A DNA stretch of 64,000 nt, taken from NCBI GenBank assembly GCA_028534125.1, contig CM052817.1:59832001-59896000 (forward strand), in the 5' to 3' direction. A model generated the notes under the pieces. It saw only the letters and a program-made list of their open reading frames with translations. It did not search any database and had not been told where the DNA came from. Origin of the DNA: Lama glama (lineage: Eukaryota). The translations under genes were made by a program, and so were the position numbers. Numbering within the stretch: the stretch's first letter is position 1; each line of letters begins with the position of its first letter. Positions 1 through 11,235 of the stretch are shown here, one piece after another.

Positions 1-1244
1 GGAAAAATGGGACTTTTAAAAATTAAATGCTGATGAAATAATGCATATAATTTGTACATCATTGAAAGTAAATTATTTCTCTTGAGGTAAAAGATGAATG
101 TCCTATTAAATATATTAAAATTTCAGAATTGAAGATTTCTTAGTGTTTTTAGAAGCTAGTTTGTCTGAGGAAGTGTTCGAAAAAATACAGCTGAAAGAAT
201 ATTGCCTTAAAAGTAGTCACCAGGGTTACTATTTTTAAAAATACTTTATTTGTGATATTGCTGAGGAAGAGTTTCATCTTTGAGGGAAGAATTCTCATGC
301 TCATGTTTTATAATAACAGATCATGTCATTGCGTCATTAAAGTTCTTTGACTCTGTTCTCTTTCCAGTTTAAATTGATGAGATAGCAAATGTATGGAAAT
401 TTATTCTACCTATTTGTAGTCTTCATCATATTCAAAGTTAGATACATTTGTATGGTATGGGTTGGAGAGAATGGCAGGTAATCAGAACTAATTAGGAATG
501 CACACACAGGAATAGTTAGAAGTACAAATTATAGTATCTTCATTGGTGGTTTGTGAGAATGGAATGCCAACTTTCTTATGTGTTTGTAAGTTCTGTTTAT
601 TTTATAAGCTATTACGTAGCATTCTGCTCCAATCAGTTATACTAGTATTTATCTTAAGGCTTTATTAACCTGCGTAACAAATGGACACATGTTTTATTGA
701 GGTGGACAGCATACTGAAGTCAGTAGTTTCCCAAGATGATTTAGACCCTAGATAGTTTCACTGGTTTATTGCGCTCACCTCTATTAAATACAGTTACATC
801 ATACTGAAAAAGTAGTGTGGAATAATGACAATAACACAGGAAAAAACAAATGTTGGTTCTCAATTCTCAGTGTGAAATCCTCTGTTGAAACAGTTTCATC
901 TTGGCCAGAGATTTCGGAATTCTCATAGTATGTAGTCACTCAAGAGGCCCTAAAAGAAGTATTTTAGGACCTTGTGCCATTTTGATTATCCTCAAATTAT
1001 TAATATTAATCTTATAAATTCTAGAGAGTACATATTCAAAATACTGGTAAATGATTTCTGGTTTGCATCATTAATTGTAAGTGTGCATGATGACTAATAA
1101 ATCTATGCAATTGAAACACAAAATCTAACATCCTATCTAAAAGTAAGAACAAAAATAAAACGGAATAAGAATAATATCTGGAATAGGAACTAATCAGCTA
1201 GTTTTGTCCTTGTTTATTTTATCTTCCTGTTTACTTATCTTTCT

Positions 1245-1365
1245 TCTCTACTGAACAGTAAACAACTTATAATAAGGCAGATTCTAGGTCTTGTATATGA
1301 TTGCATTTCAGGTACCTGGCTTGTTTCCTCTGACATAATAGCTCAATAAATATTTGCTTAATCAC
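1245..1365 (+). mobile_element. LINE-2 3' end fragment
   Basis: Ends ...gacataatagctcaataaatatttgcttaat, resembling the L2 3' terminus (cacatagtaggtgctcaataaatatttgttgaat); highly diverged. Confidence 0.55.
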
Positions 1366-3109
1366 TATTTCTGAAAATAATCAATGGCTGACTGAAACAT
1401 TTATTTGTAAAGTTCTTGAAGGAGACTTTTGTGAATGAAAGATCAACTACAGGCGTATATATTCATCTTGCATTAGTAACATCTCAGTTAAATTATACTC
1501 CATATCCATAGGTTCTAAGAGCACTGGTGCTGCTTTTTCTGCTGTATATTGCTGCTTTTATGTTCTGCTATAACTACACGCTCCCCAAGTCTAACAAGAG
1601 CTTTCTTGTATCCTTTTTCTCATTGCTATCAGCTTAGCTCGGTTCTTTATCACAGAAAAATTGGCTTACAGCAACAAACTAAAAACTGATGTCTTTGTCA
1701 AAAGCAGAAAGTGTTTTACTTAATTCTCTTTTCTTGCCATTTGACAATGGTACAATGACTGATGACATTTCTTATTATATTGAATTATCATTTTTTTCAT
1801 TGTCATGTTTTACACATTTTTCTTGATCAAAAGAATGTCTTATATAGAAAGGTGGAATCTGTTAAATAAATTTTGATTACCTTATTTAATTCCCATCTTT
1901 AATCCCATTTCCTTCCCCTTTGTATTTTCTCTAATATTTAGATATTTTTAGAGAATACAGTCTTAGCAATGTTTCCCTGTTTAGTATTTACCCACATAAT
2001 TATTTTAATCCTTTAAATCTTTGATTAGAAATCAGGAATCTGGTCTCTTTTCTTGAGTCTGTGTATGTGTATATACATATATGTGCACATGATGTCAAGA
2101 CAATAAAGCAATTCATTTCCAACATTCTGTAATCTTTTGTATAAGATTAGATGACTATTAATTATTCTATGATTTCATCAGAAGATGTTAAAGACAAAAC
2201 CATTTCTAACCCTTTTTGGTGTCATTTTATAGAGCACTGTTTGGTGATGTGCATTGATAACTGGATCAACATAATTTTAGGTTAATTCAGTAATACTTTT
2301 TTTCAAATTAGGCTTTGGATATTTTCCCTAATTTTGAAAAGAATATCAAGGCTAATAATGAGATTTTCTATATGGATAGACTTTCCTTGAGGTCAGTCTA
2401 TTCCAAGGATCTGAACCTCCAGTTATGCATAAACTTTCTTCTTTAAAATAAATGTATTTTTAGTTCTTCCTATCTTAAAAGGCTGGTGTATATTCATTAG
2501 GACCAGGTGGATTTTATGAAGAAGACCCTTTCCTAAGTCAAATCTTACAAAGGCTTTGGGTATAAAGGGGACTTTATTAAACTTGTTGGTTTCCACTAAG
2601 TGTATTCTGGAAAGACTGTTATGAACTGTCAGGAGCAGTTCTCTTCCTTGACTATTAAATTGTTTGCAATCACTGAAGTTAGAGGGTTCCTTGGTTATAA
2701 AGCAGTCTCAAGGATTTAACCCTCCTCAGTGGTGTATAATTAGCAAGTGGGTCCAAACTTTCCTTCAATATCAAACTTTATTTTGTTCATGTGAACATTT
2801 ATTTATGTCTGTGGAACTTCTGTTTTGTTGCTTGATTTGGGGAAAGAGTTTTTGAAATTTTATTTTAAACATCTTTTTTCTTTCTTTAACGCTGGATTGT
2901 TTGACAGATTCTTCCTAGGAAAAAACTTTAGTTGTTATGCACTTGTTATATGTATATCAGAGGGAATTTTACTCATAAGATAATCAGATAACCAGACTGT
3001 TAGAATAAACTCAAAGGATGTATACCTAGAATAATTTACATGTATTACATATTTTACATTTTACATGACAAAAATGATGTTGTATTTTGGTGATGTTACT
3101 AACAAAAAA

Positions 3110-3275
3110 CTTGAGCAGGTCCTATGAGTTAGTCACTGTGTTATCCCATTTAGTCTTCACAAAGCTCTGAAAGAAGGTTTTCCCAAGGTTAGCAAGATAC
3201 AGAGATAACAAGTGCCAGAGTAAAGTCTGAATCTGCTGGTATAATTGCCGCACTTGTAAACACTGGACTGAAATG
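3110..3275 (-). mobile_element. MIR SINE fragment
   Basis: cccatttagtcttcacaaagctctgaaag...cccaaggttagc...gtgccagag resembles an antisense MIR core; degenerate. Confidence 0.45.
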
Positions 3276-5252
3276 ACTTTGCTACATATGAATTACAAAA
3301 TGTGGCTCAACACTAATGTTTGATTTTTATGTGTTTTATATTTGTAGGTCATATCAATATTTCTAATTTTGCTAGAAAAAGACTATGCACATAATAGGCA
3401 TTTAATACATATTTAAAACATAATGAAAGTTACCGTTTAAAATAATAATACAGCATTACATTTTCTGCAGTGATAGTGCTTGAGTAGATAAAATACAACA
3501 GTAATTTTGTGATAAATTTTATATACTTGACTTGGGATGAACACAAACAAAATGCCAGAGTAGAAGAAATAAGTAACAAATATCAAACTACTTTCACAAT
3601 GACAGAAAGTGTGCAGAGTATTTAAAAATCACTTTTGTGGTAGTAGAGCAATGAGAGCATTCATGTGGAACCTATTTCATTTTAGAATATATTTCTAGTC
3701 AAGGAAAACCAGAATTCTCCCCATGGAAGAGTATCTAGATCAAAGAAACTTCTTCTTACTTCAGATTCTTAAATCACAAAAATATTTGGAACACATTTCA
3801 AGCTCCCTGTGTCCACTGGATTTATTCTAACTCTGAATATCTGATTATTGGTCATTGGGAAGAAAATCTTTCTCAAGATATGCAGTTAGTTGCTATGGGA
3901 GAATATTTAACATGCATAGTAGCAACATATTTTCCCAATTATCCATGCAAGAAACAAGGTAGGGGACCTCTGCTGTATAAATAGATGGTGAAAGAATTTT
4001 AGGTGGCTGAGGGGATTGCAAGCATAGAGGGTAATAATTTTACATAGCTATTAAGACAATAAGAAGGATTGATATGATTGTCCCCTTAAGGCATAAGAAT
4101 AGAATGTTGGCTAATTATATAAAAATTAACTGACCTACTGACCTGACTATAATGTAGGCAAGAATGAATGAGATCAGGGTACATAGACACCATGGGATCT
4201 GAATGAGGGAGACCACCAGTTTCACTTATCAAGAAAGTGGTTATTGATTGCTTAATATTCATAAAATACAACATAATATAAAATAAGACATTTAAAATAT
4301 ACTAACTCATGTAGAATTAATTCTAAGTTAAAATGCAAACTCATTACATGGAATGGTTATTATTTGACTTGAGCACTTCCTGATTTGTGGGTAAGTTGTG
4401 GGGTGGAAGGAACATCAGAATACATTCTTATGCTCTTCTGGTAAGGTCTGAAAGAATTTTGGGTAGTACTAAGCTCCATGACACATTTATACTGAATTTT
4501 TGATACAACTGTGAGTAATCATCATGGCTAAATTAACTGAAGAGAGATTTAAAAGAAATGTGTATGAAATGAAATTTTATTTCCTCAAGACTGAGAAAGA
4601 ACTATACATCTTCAACAGACATTAGTATGCACTGAATATATAAATTTTTTAGAGATAACAGGCTATCACATAAGCACCACATTCTTTAAATTCATATTAA
4701 ATATTTTGAAAATAACTCTTTACAGAGGGCATTGCACATTTTTTTATTCTCCTTCAACAACTGATATTCATAATAATTCAAAAGGACTCCCACTTGTTGA
4801 ATCTATGCTCATGTTCCTTTACCTTGTATTCCTTCTTTCTGGACGTCTGCAGTCACTGCTTCTGGTGTATTGTGACCCTCCTTCTAGTTATATCTTTCCT
4901 TTGAAGATTTTCAGCCTCCTGGGATCTGAAAAAACAGACAGTCCAACTTCTTAGATCTTGTATAAATGAAGAGTAATAAAAGTCTGAGTGAAGATTTAGC
5001 AGCCTTTGTCTTAAGTTGAATGGACTTCATACATCAGATTTCAAGTAAAAGTCAGGCAATCATCACTAAAACTGTGAAGGAAATTTGAACACTAGATTGA
5101 AAGAGGAGAAGTTAGAATTTAGGTCATTTCAGGTACTCTTTCCAGAGAGCCCTTTTTTTGGTCTTTCATATTTCCAACCATGTTCATTTATGTTAATTAA
5201 AATAATTGCAGTTAGTTTTTAGAGTTCTTATAGAGTGTGAGACTAAAATGAA

Positions 5253-5325
5253 GGATCTGATGATATTTTAAAGCATTACTTAAGGAAATTTTCTGAATTA
5301 AGATCTTTAATAAGAGACATCTTAA
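5253..5325. repeat. 73-bp direct repeat, copy 1 (copy 2 at 6411-6483)
   Basis: ggatctgatgatattttaaagcattact...atcttaa; 70/73 identical to 6411-6483 by manual alignment. Confidence 0.95.
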
Positions 5326-6116
5326 TATGATAGTATGATTTGTTTTTTAAATTGGGATATTTTGAGAATGAAAAGGAGTGCTATTAATAATTTTGTTAGG
5401 AGAGTAAATATGAACTGAGATTTTCCCTGGCTAGCCAAGATGGACATATGGTCATCCCAACCTGAAAGTGTCCTGTTTGCCAAAAAATCCATCAGCTATA
5501 ATTTTTTCAGTGAATTAAAAACATTTTTATTTAGTTCAACCACTTTCAGAAATGTTGTTTTATTTTCAGGATCCAACACATTTATCTCTAGTTCCCTAAA
5601 ACTGGAGCGAAAGAAAGCACATAGTTAATACTACGTTTTTCCTTTTGGTCTTCTGCATTATAGTCATACAAGGAAGTCACAGATCCTTGTTCAGACCTTA
5701 GTTCACAGCTTAATTTTAGTCTTCTTTTATACATTAAATAAATAGTTTAGGGGGGAAAACTGAATAAATAATGTTTTTTCTAGGGAAAAAAGTAATTTCT
5801 TTGAGATTTTTGTCCACCTTAATGCTTCTAGATAATTCCAAGTTTTCTTTGAAGGCTTAAATTTTTTTTATTTCTTCTTTGTGATTTTTCCTTGGAAATC
5901 CTACTTAGTAGGTGCCAAAACATATTTAGCAGGTGGTAGCTAATTTTAATTTTAATGAAGCTAATCTTTTCCGAGTAGAATAACATAAGGTTTTACCATC
6001 TGTGTGTATCCTATTTAGTTTAACCAGGTTGGAGAAATCTAAAAGAAGACCCATGAAACAAAAAGCTCTATGTTGTTCAACACCAGCCTTAACTACCTGA
6101 AAGCATTACTATTTTA

Positions 6117-6314
6117 TTTATTCAGTTATTTGTTTGTGTGTCTATTTATTTGTTTATTTAATTGAAATATAGTTGATTTACAATATTAGTTTCGGGTGTA
6201 CAACATAGTGATTCAATATTTTTATAGATTATATTCCATTTAAAGCTATTGCAAAATTATGGCTATATTTCCCTGTGCTGTACAATGCATACTTGTTGCT
6301 TATATAAAATAGAT
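6117..6314 (-). mobile_element. 5'-truncated L1 3'-UTR insertion with 16-bp TSD and 14-bp terminal inversion
   Basis: T-rich tail, then ttgaaatatagttgatttacaat...ttccctgtgctgtaca (antisense L1 3' end). Flanked by aagcattactatttta (6101-6116) and aagcactactatttta (6315-6330). Confidence 0.88.
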
Positions 6315-6410
6315 AAGCACTACTATTTTAAATATGAAATGTATATAAGGAGATTATAAAGGTTAATGTAATAGCCTCTCATTTTTAAAAAATTTATACC
6401 TTCACAGTTT

Positions 6411-6483
6411 GGATCTGATGATATTTTAAAGCATTACTGAAGGAAATTTTCTGAATTAAGATCTTTAATAAAAGATATCTTAA
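6411..6483. repeat. 73-bp direct repeat, copy 2
   Basis: Matches 5253-5325 with 3 substitutions. Confidence 0.95.
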
Positions 6484-7166
6484 AATCTGCCTGAGAATTT
6501 TCTCAGAATAGAAATGCTAAAAGTGTGTTTCAAGAATCAGACAGTTATAAATATTCTTAATCTTTCCTTATGTTACAAATCATCACAGATTACTTCCTGG
6601 CACAATCCTTGTTTTCAACTTCTGTTCTGATGCACATTTAAACCTCCCTATTTGCTCCTGTTTTACTGCTAGCAAAAATTAAGTACCTGTCACCTTTATG
6701 GTGGCATCTAAATTTTCAGACATTTAAATTTTTTTTATGAAAAAGGATTATGGCATATGCTTGTTTTTTTTATTTCAGGAAATCAAAAATTCTTGATGCT
6801 TTTAAAAGTCACTTCTTAAATCTTACGCTATATAAGTAATAAATACAACTGTAAAACTGAACATTTAGTACATACTTTAATTAAGAAAGTATTCAGGATT
6901 TCATGAGCTCACTGAAAGTAAAAAAATGGACTAAAAGAAAATATATATCTATGGCTGAAAATAAAGTGAGATACAGAAAATGAAGGGAGGCATTAAGGAG
7001 GAGTGTGTGGGGGGAGAGAGATGTAATGACTGATTACAGTGTAAGAATAAAGAGGTGAGCAAAGAATCCACACTTGCATGAGTGCTTTAGTCATTTTTGC
7101 TCTAAGTAGTCCTCTAGAGTTGTATAAGGAGTATAATATTATTTGAAGGTAAAAAACCAGCATTAT

Positions 7167-7910
7167 CTGGAGAGGCTGTGGAGAAAAGGGAACCCTCCTT
7201 CACTGCTGGTGGGAATGCAGTTTGGTGCAGCCACTGTGGAAAACAGTATGGAGATTCCTCAAAAGACTAGGAATAGACTTACCATATGACCCAGGAATCC
7301 CACTCCTGGGCTTGTATCCAGAAGGAATCCTACTTCAAAAAGACACCTGTACCCCAATGTTCATAGCAGCATTATTTACAACAGCCAAGACATGGAAACA
7401 GCCTAAATGTCCATCAACAGGTGACTGGATAAAGAAGATGTGTTTTATTTATACAATGGAATACTACTCAGCCATAAAAAGTGACAACATAACACCATCT
7501 GCAGCAACATGGATTCTCCTGGAGAATGTCATTCTAAGCAAAGTAAGCCAGGAAGAGAAAGAAGAATACCATATGAGATTGGTCATATGTGGAATCTAAA
7601 AAAAAACCAAACAAAGCATAAATACAAAACAGAAATAGACTCATAGACATAGAATATAAACTTGTGGTTGCCAAGGGGGCGGGGAGTGGGAAGAGATAGA
7701 CTGGGATTTCAAAATTGTAGACTAGATAAACAAGACTATACTGTATAGCACAGGGAAATATATACAAGATCTTATGGTAGCTCACAGAGAAAAAAATGTA
7801 ACAATGAATATATACATGTTCATGTATAACTGAAAAATTGTGCTCTACACTGGAATTTGACACAACATTGTAAAATGATTATAAATCAATAAAAAATGTT
7901 AAAAAAAAAA
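7167..7910 (+). mobile_element. Relatively young 5'-truncated LINE-1 (ORF2 C-terminus, 3' UTR, poly-A)
   Basis: Open frame [32 protein letters not shown]...[24 protein letters not shown]...MEYYSAIK is the L1 ORF2p cysteine-rich C-terminus (stop at 7599). G-rich 3' UTR, AATAAA and A tail to 7910. Confidence 0.97.
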
Positions 7911-9002
7911 GAAATAATGAACTTTGGGCATTAAGGGCATTTGTATGTACCAATTATGCTTAAATAACAAAGATAGCAAAACTTATGCAAAAGAGAAATT
8001 TGCTAAATAGATGAAAAGAATAAGATGATTAATATTAGAAAATTATTTTCTTTTCAAAATCATTCCCTGAATTTTCTTTCTTAAGAAAGATGCTCAAGTG
8101 GATTTAATTGATTTTAAAATTATTAACTACTTAATAGATTGGTCAGGAATATATAAAACATGACAAAATTAAAAGTGATTTAAATTATAAATTTATCAGG
8201 CACAAAGTTTTTTAAACATCTCTGACAGTATTGTGCAAATTAATAGGGAAGCATAATTATGTTGACATGCACCTGATAGAGGCTATGTCACTTCTGTAAA
8301 TGTACAGATGCATATTCCTTCAGATATTCTCTGAGTTTCAAGCATTTTACTAGAATTTGTGTACATGTGTTTCTTTTATTAACAATCTTTATCCAGGAAT
8401 TTAGTGATTCTTTTCTACATCAAGGTTTTCAAAATCAAAATTGTTTTCCAATTATCTTATTTTTCCTTCATAATTTCTGGTTTTGTGTTTTGTTGATCCT
8501 CAGTAATTCATTTTCCTACTTTAGCTACTAAATTGAATTTTTTTAAAAAAACAATTTTTTATACATTCCTTTGGAGATTAAATTAAAAATTCTTCTCTTT
8601 AAAAGGACATAAATCTCTTTTATTTCTCTTATTTTTCAATCAGACTGTCATCTGACTTCTCTGGCAACTCTTTTATTTCGAGCTAATCTTCTCTTTGTGT
8701 TTTATGTATTCTTCTTTTCTTTGATAGCCATTAATATGCCGTCCGCACTCTGGTTGTTGGGATGATTTAAATAGCTAAATCTATAAATTGGTATGCAGGT
8801 GTCTTTGTACAGGAGTACCCCTTTGAAGGGGTAGCGGTTGTCACAAAATCTTTCTCTTCTCCTGGAGGAATCTTTTCTGCTCCCCGATTTTCTCAACCTC
8901 AAATGTAGGCTCTGCCTTCCTCAGGTCTCTGGAAAACAGTGGCCAACACCTGATTTGACAGCTCCTCTGGGGCCACCGAAACCACCAGATCTTTTTGATG
9001 GA

Positions 9003-10620
9003 TTTTTTTTAAATTAATTTATTTTTATTGAAGTATAGTTGATGTACAATGTTGTATTAGTTTCAGGTGTACAATAGAGCTATTCAATTTTACATACATA
9101 AAGAGTCTTTTTCAAATTCTTTTCTGTTATAGGTTATTACAATACATTGAATACAGTTCCCTGTGCAATAAATAGGTCCTTGTTGTTTAACTATTTTACA
9201 TATAGTAGGGTGTATATGTTAATCCCAAACTTCTAATTTATCCCTCCCCCTACCTGCTTCCCCTTTGGTAACCATATTTTGTTTTCTGTCTGTAAATCTA
9301 TATCTGGTTTGTAAATAAGTTCGTTTGTTTCTTTTTTTTTTAATACTCCAGATATAAATGATATCATATGGTATTTGTCCTTCTCTATCTGTCTTACTTC
9401 ATTTAATATGATGATCTCTGAATCCATCCATGTTGCTTCAAACGGCATTATTTCATTCTTTTTATGGCTAAGTAATATCTCATTGTATCCATTGAAGATA
9501 CATACCTATCTATCTCTCTATCTCTCTATCTTTATCCATTTATCTGTTGATGAACATTTAGATTGCTTCCATGTCTTGGCTGTTGTAAACAGTGCTGCTG
9601 TGAACATTGGAGTGCATGTATCTTTTTCTGTTAGAGTTTCCTCTGGATATATTCCTGGGAATGGGATTGCTGAGATATAATGTAAGTCTATTTTTAGTTT
9701 TTAAAGCAACCTCCATACTGTCCTCCATAGTGGCTGCACCAATTTATATTCCCACCAGCAGTGTAAGAGGGTTCCTCTTCTCCACACCCTCTCCAGCATT
9801 TATTATTTGTAGACTATTTAATGATGGCCATTCTGACTGGTGTGAGATGATACCTCATTGTAGTTTTGATTTGCATTTCTCTAATAAATTAACGATATTA
9901 AGCATCTTTTCTTGTGCCTGTTGGCCATATATATGTCTTCTTTGGATAAATGTCTGTTTAGATCTACTGCACGTTTTTTGATTGGGCTGCTTTTTTTTTG
10001 ATATTAAGCTGTATGAGCTGCTCATATATGTTGGAAATTAATCCCTTGTTGGTCTCATTTGCAAATATTTTCTTCCATTCTGCAGGTTGTCTTTTCATTT
10101 TGCTTATGGTTTCCTGTGGTGTGCCGAAGCTTAAAAGTTTAATTAGGTCCCATTTGCTTATTTTTGCTTTTATTTCCATTACTCTAATAGATTGGCTGAA
10201 AAAAATATTGCTGCAGTTTATGTTAAATGTTATTGCAACATTCTGCCTATGTTTTCCTCCAGGAGTTTTAGAGTATTCAGTTTACATTTAGGTCTTTAAT
10301 TCATTTTTAGTTTATTTTTGTATATGGTGTTAGACAATGTTCTAATTTCATTCTTTTACAAGCAGCTGTCTGGTTTTCCCAACATCGCTTACTGAAGAGA
10401 CTTTTTTCCATTGTATATTCTTACCTCTTTTGTCATAGATTAATTGACCATAAGTACATGGGTTTATTTCTGGGCTTTCTGTACTATTCCATTGATATGT
10501 TTGTATGTTTTTGTGCCAGTACTGTACTATTTTGATTGCTATAGTTTTGTAGTATAGTATGAAGTTAGGGAGCATGATTCCTCAAGCTCTGTTTTTTCTC
10601 AAGATTGTTTTGGCTATTTG
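9003..10620 (-). mobile_element. LINE-1 3' 1.6 kb (L1MA9-like / cetartiodactyl type), decayed
   Basis: Antisense 3' end ttttattgaagtatagttgatgtacaatg. Minus-strand peptides [32 protein letters not shown] and LPNFILYYKTIAIKIVQYWHKN...PEINPCTYGQLIYDK are L1 ORF2 segments. Confidence 0.96.
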
Positions 10621-11124
10621 AGTGAGTGTTTCTTAAATTAATATTCTTCTTATTTCATGAGGACCTCATAGTATTACTCAAACCCCTCAGAACTCCCTTT
10701 TTTCCCAACAATTCATTCGTACTCTGTTCCATATACTGAGTTTCCAGCTCTGGTCTCCATTATTTCATTATGTAAAAGACTTGTATACTATTCTTCTGAA
10801 TGACAATAGAAATGTAGGTGTATCTCTGATGCTTCAGCCCTGTCCACCAGTCCCAGAAGAGCCTTCTCTCTAGAGGAGTGATGGTTAATTGAATTACACT
10901 GGGGAAGGAAAGACAGTAGGAATGCATTCAGGAATGTCTAGTGATGTAATTTCAGAAGTATACTTTAATTGACAATAATTTGGCAGCAATTGAATTTTTC
11001 TATAATAGAAACAGGTAATACAGTTCAGGGGTGGCCAACTATTGTGTGACAGGAAATGAAGTGAATATTGGCTAAATTATCTGGTAAGTGGTATGTGGTA
11101 CCAATGGGCTCATTCTCCCAGCAG

Positions 11125-11235
11125 TGCAATTCAACATTTGTTAAATACTTAAAGTATGCTCCGAGCTCTGTGTCTAGCTGGTGTGTGAGAAGAACTAGGA
11201 ATAAGACAAGGATCTTGATTTTGATGTGCTCACAA
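11125..11235 (-). mobile_element. LINE-2 3' fragment
   Basis: attcaacatttgttaaatactt...ctctgtgtctagctgg...aataagacaagg...gctcaca resembles the antisense L2 3' end. Confidence 0.5.

Noticed and set aside
7222..7599. 125-aa ORF as a host gene
   Set aside because: It is the C-terminus of L1 ORF2p in a 5'-truncated copy, with no promoter and no ATG start (the first codon is TTG).
8816..8833. TACCCCTT-tg-AAGGGGTA hairpin
   Set aside because: An isolated 8-bp stem, probably within decayed old L1-like sequence; no terminator or ncRNA context in a mammalian genome.
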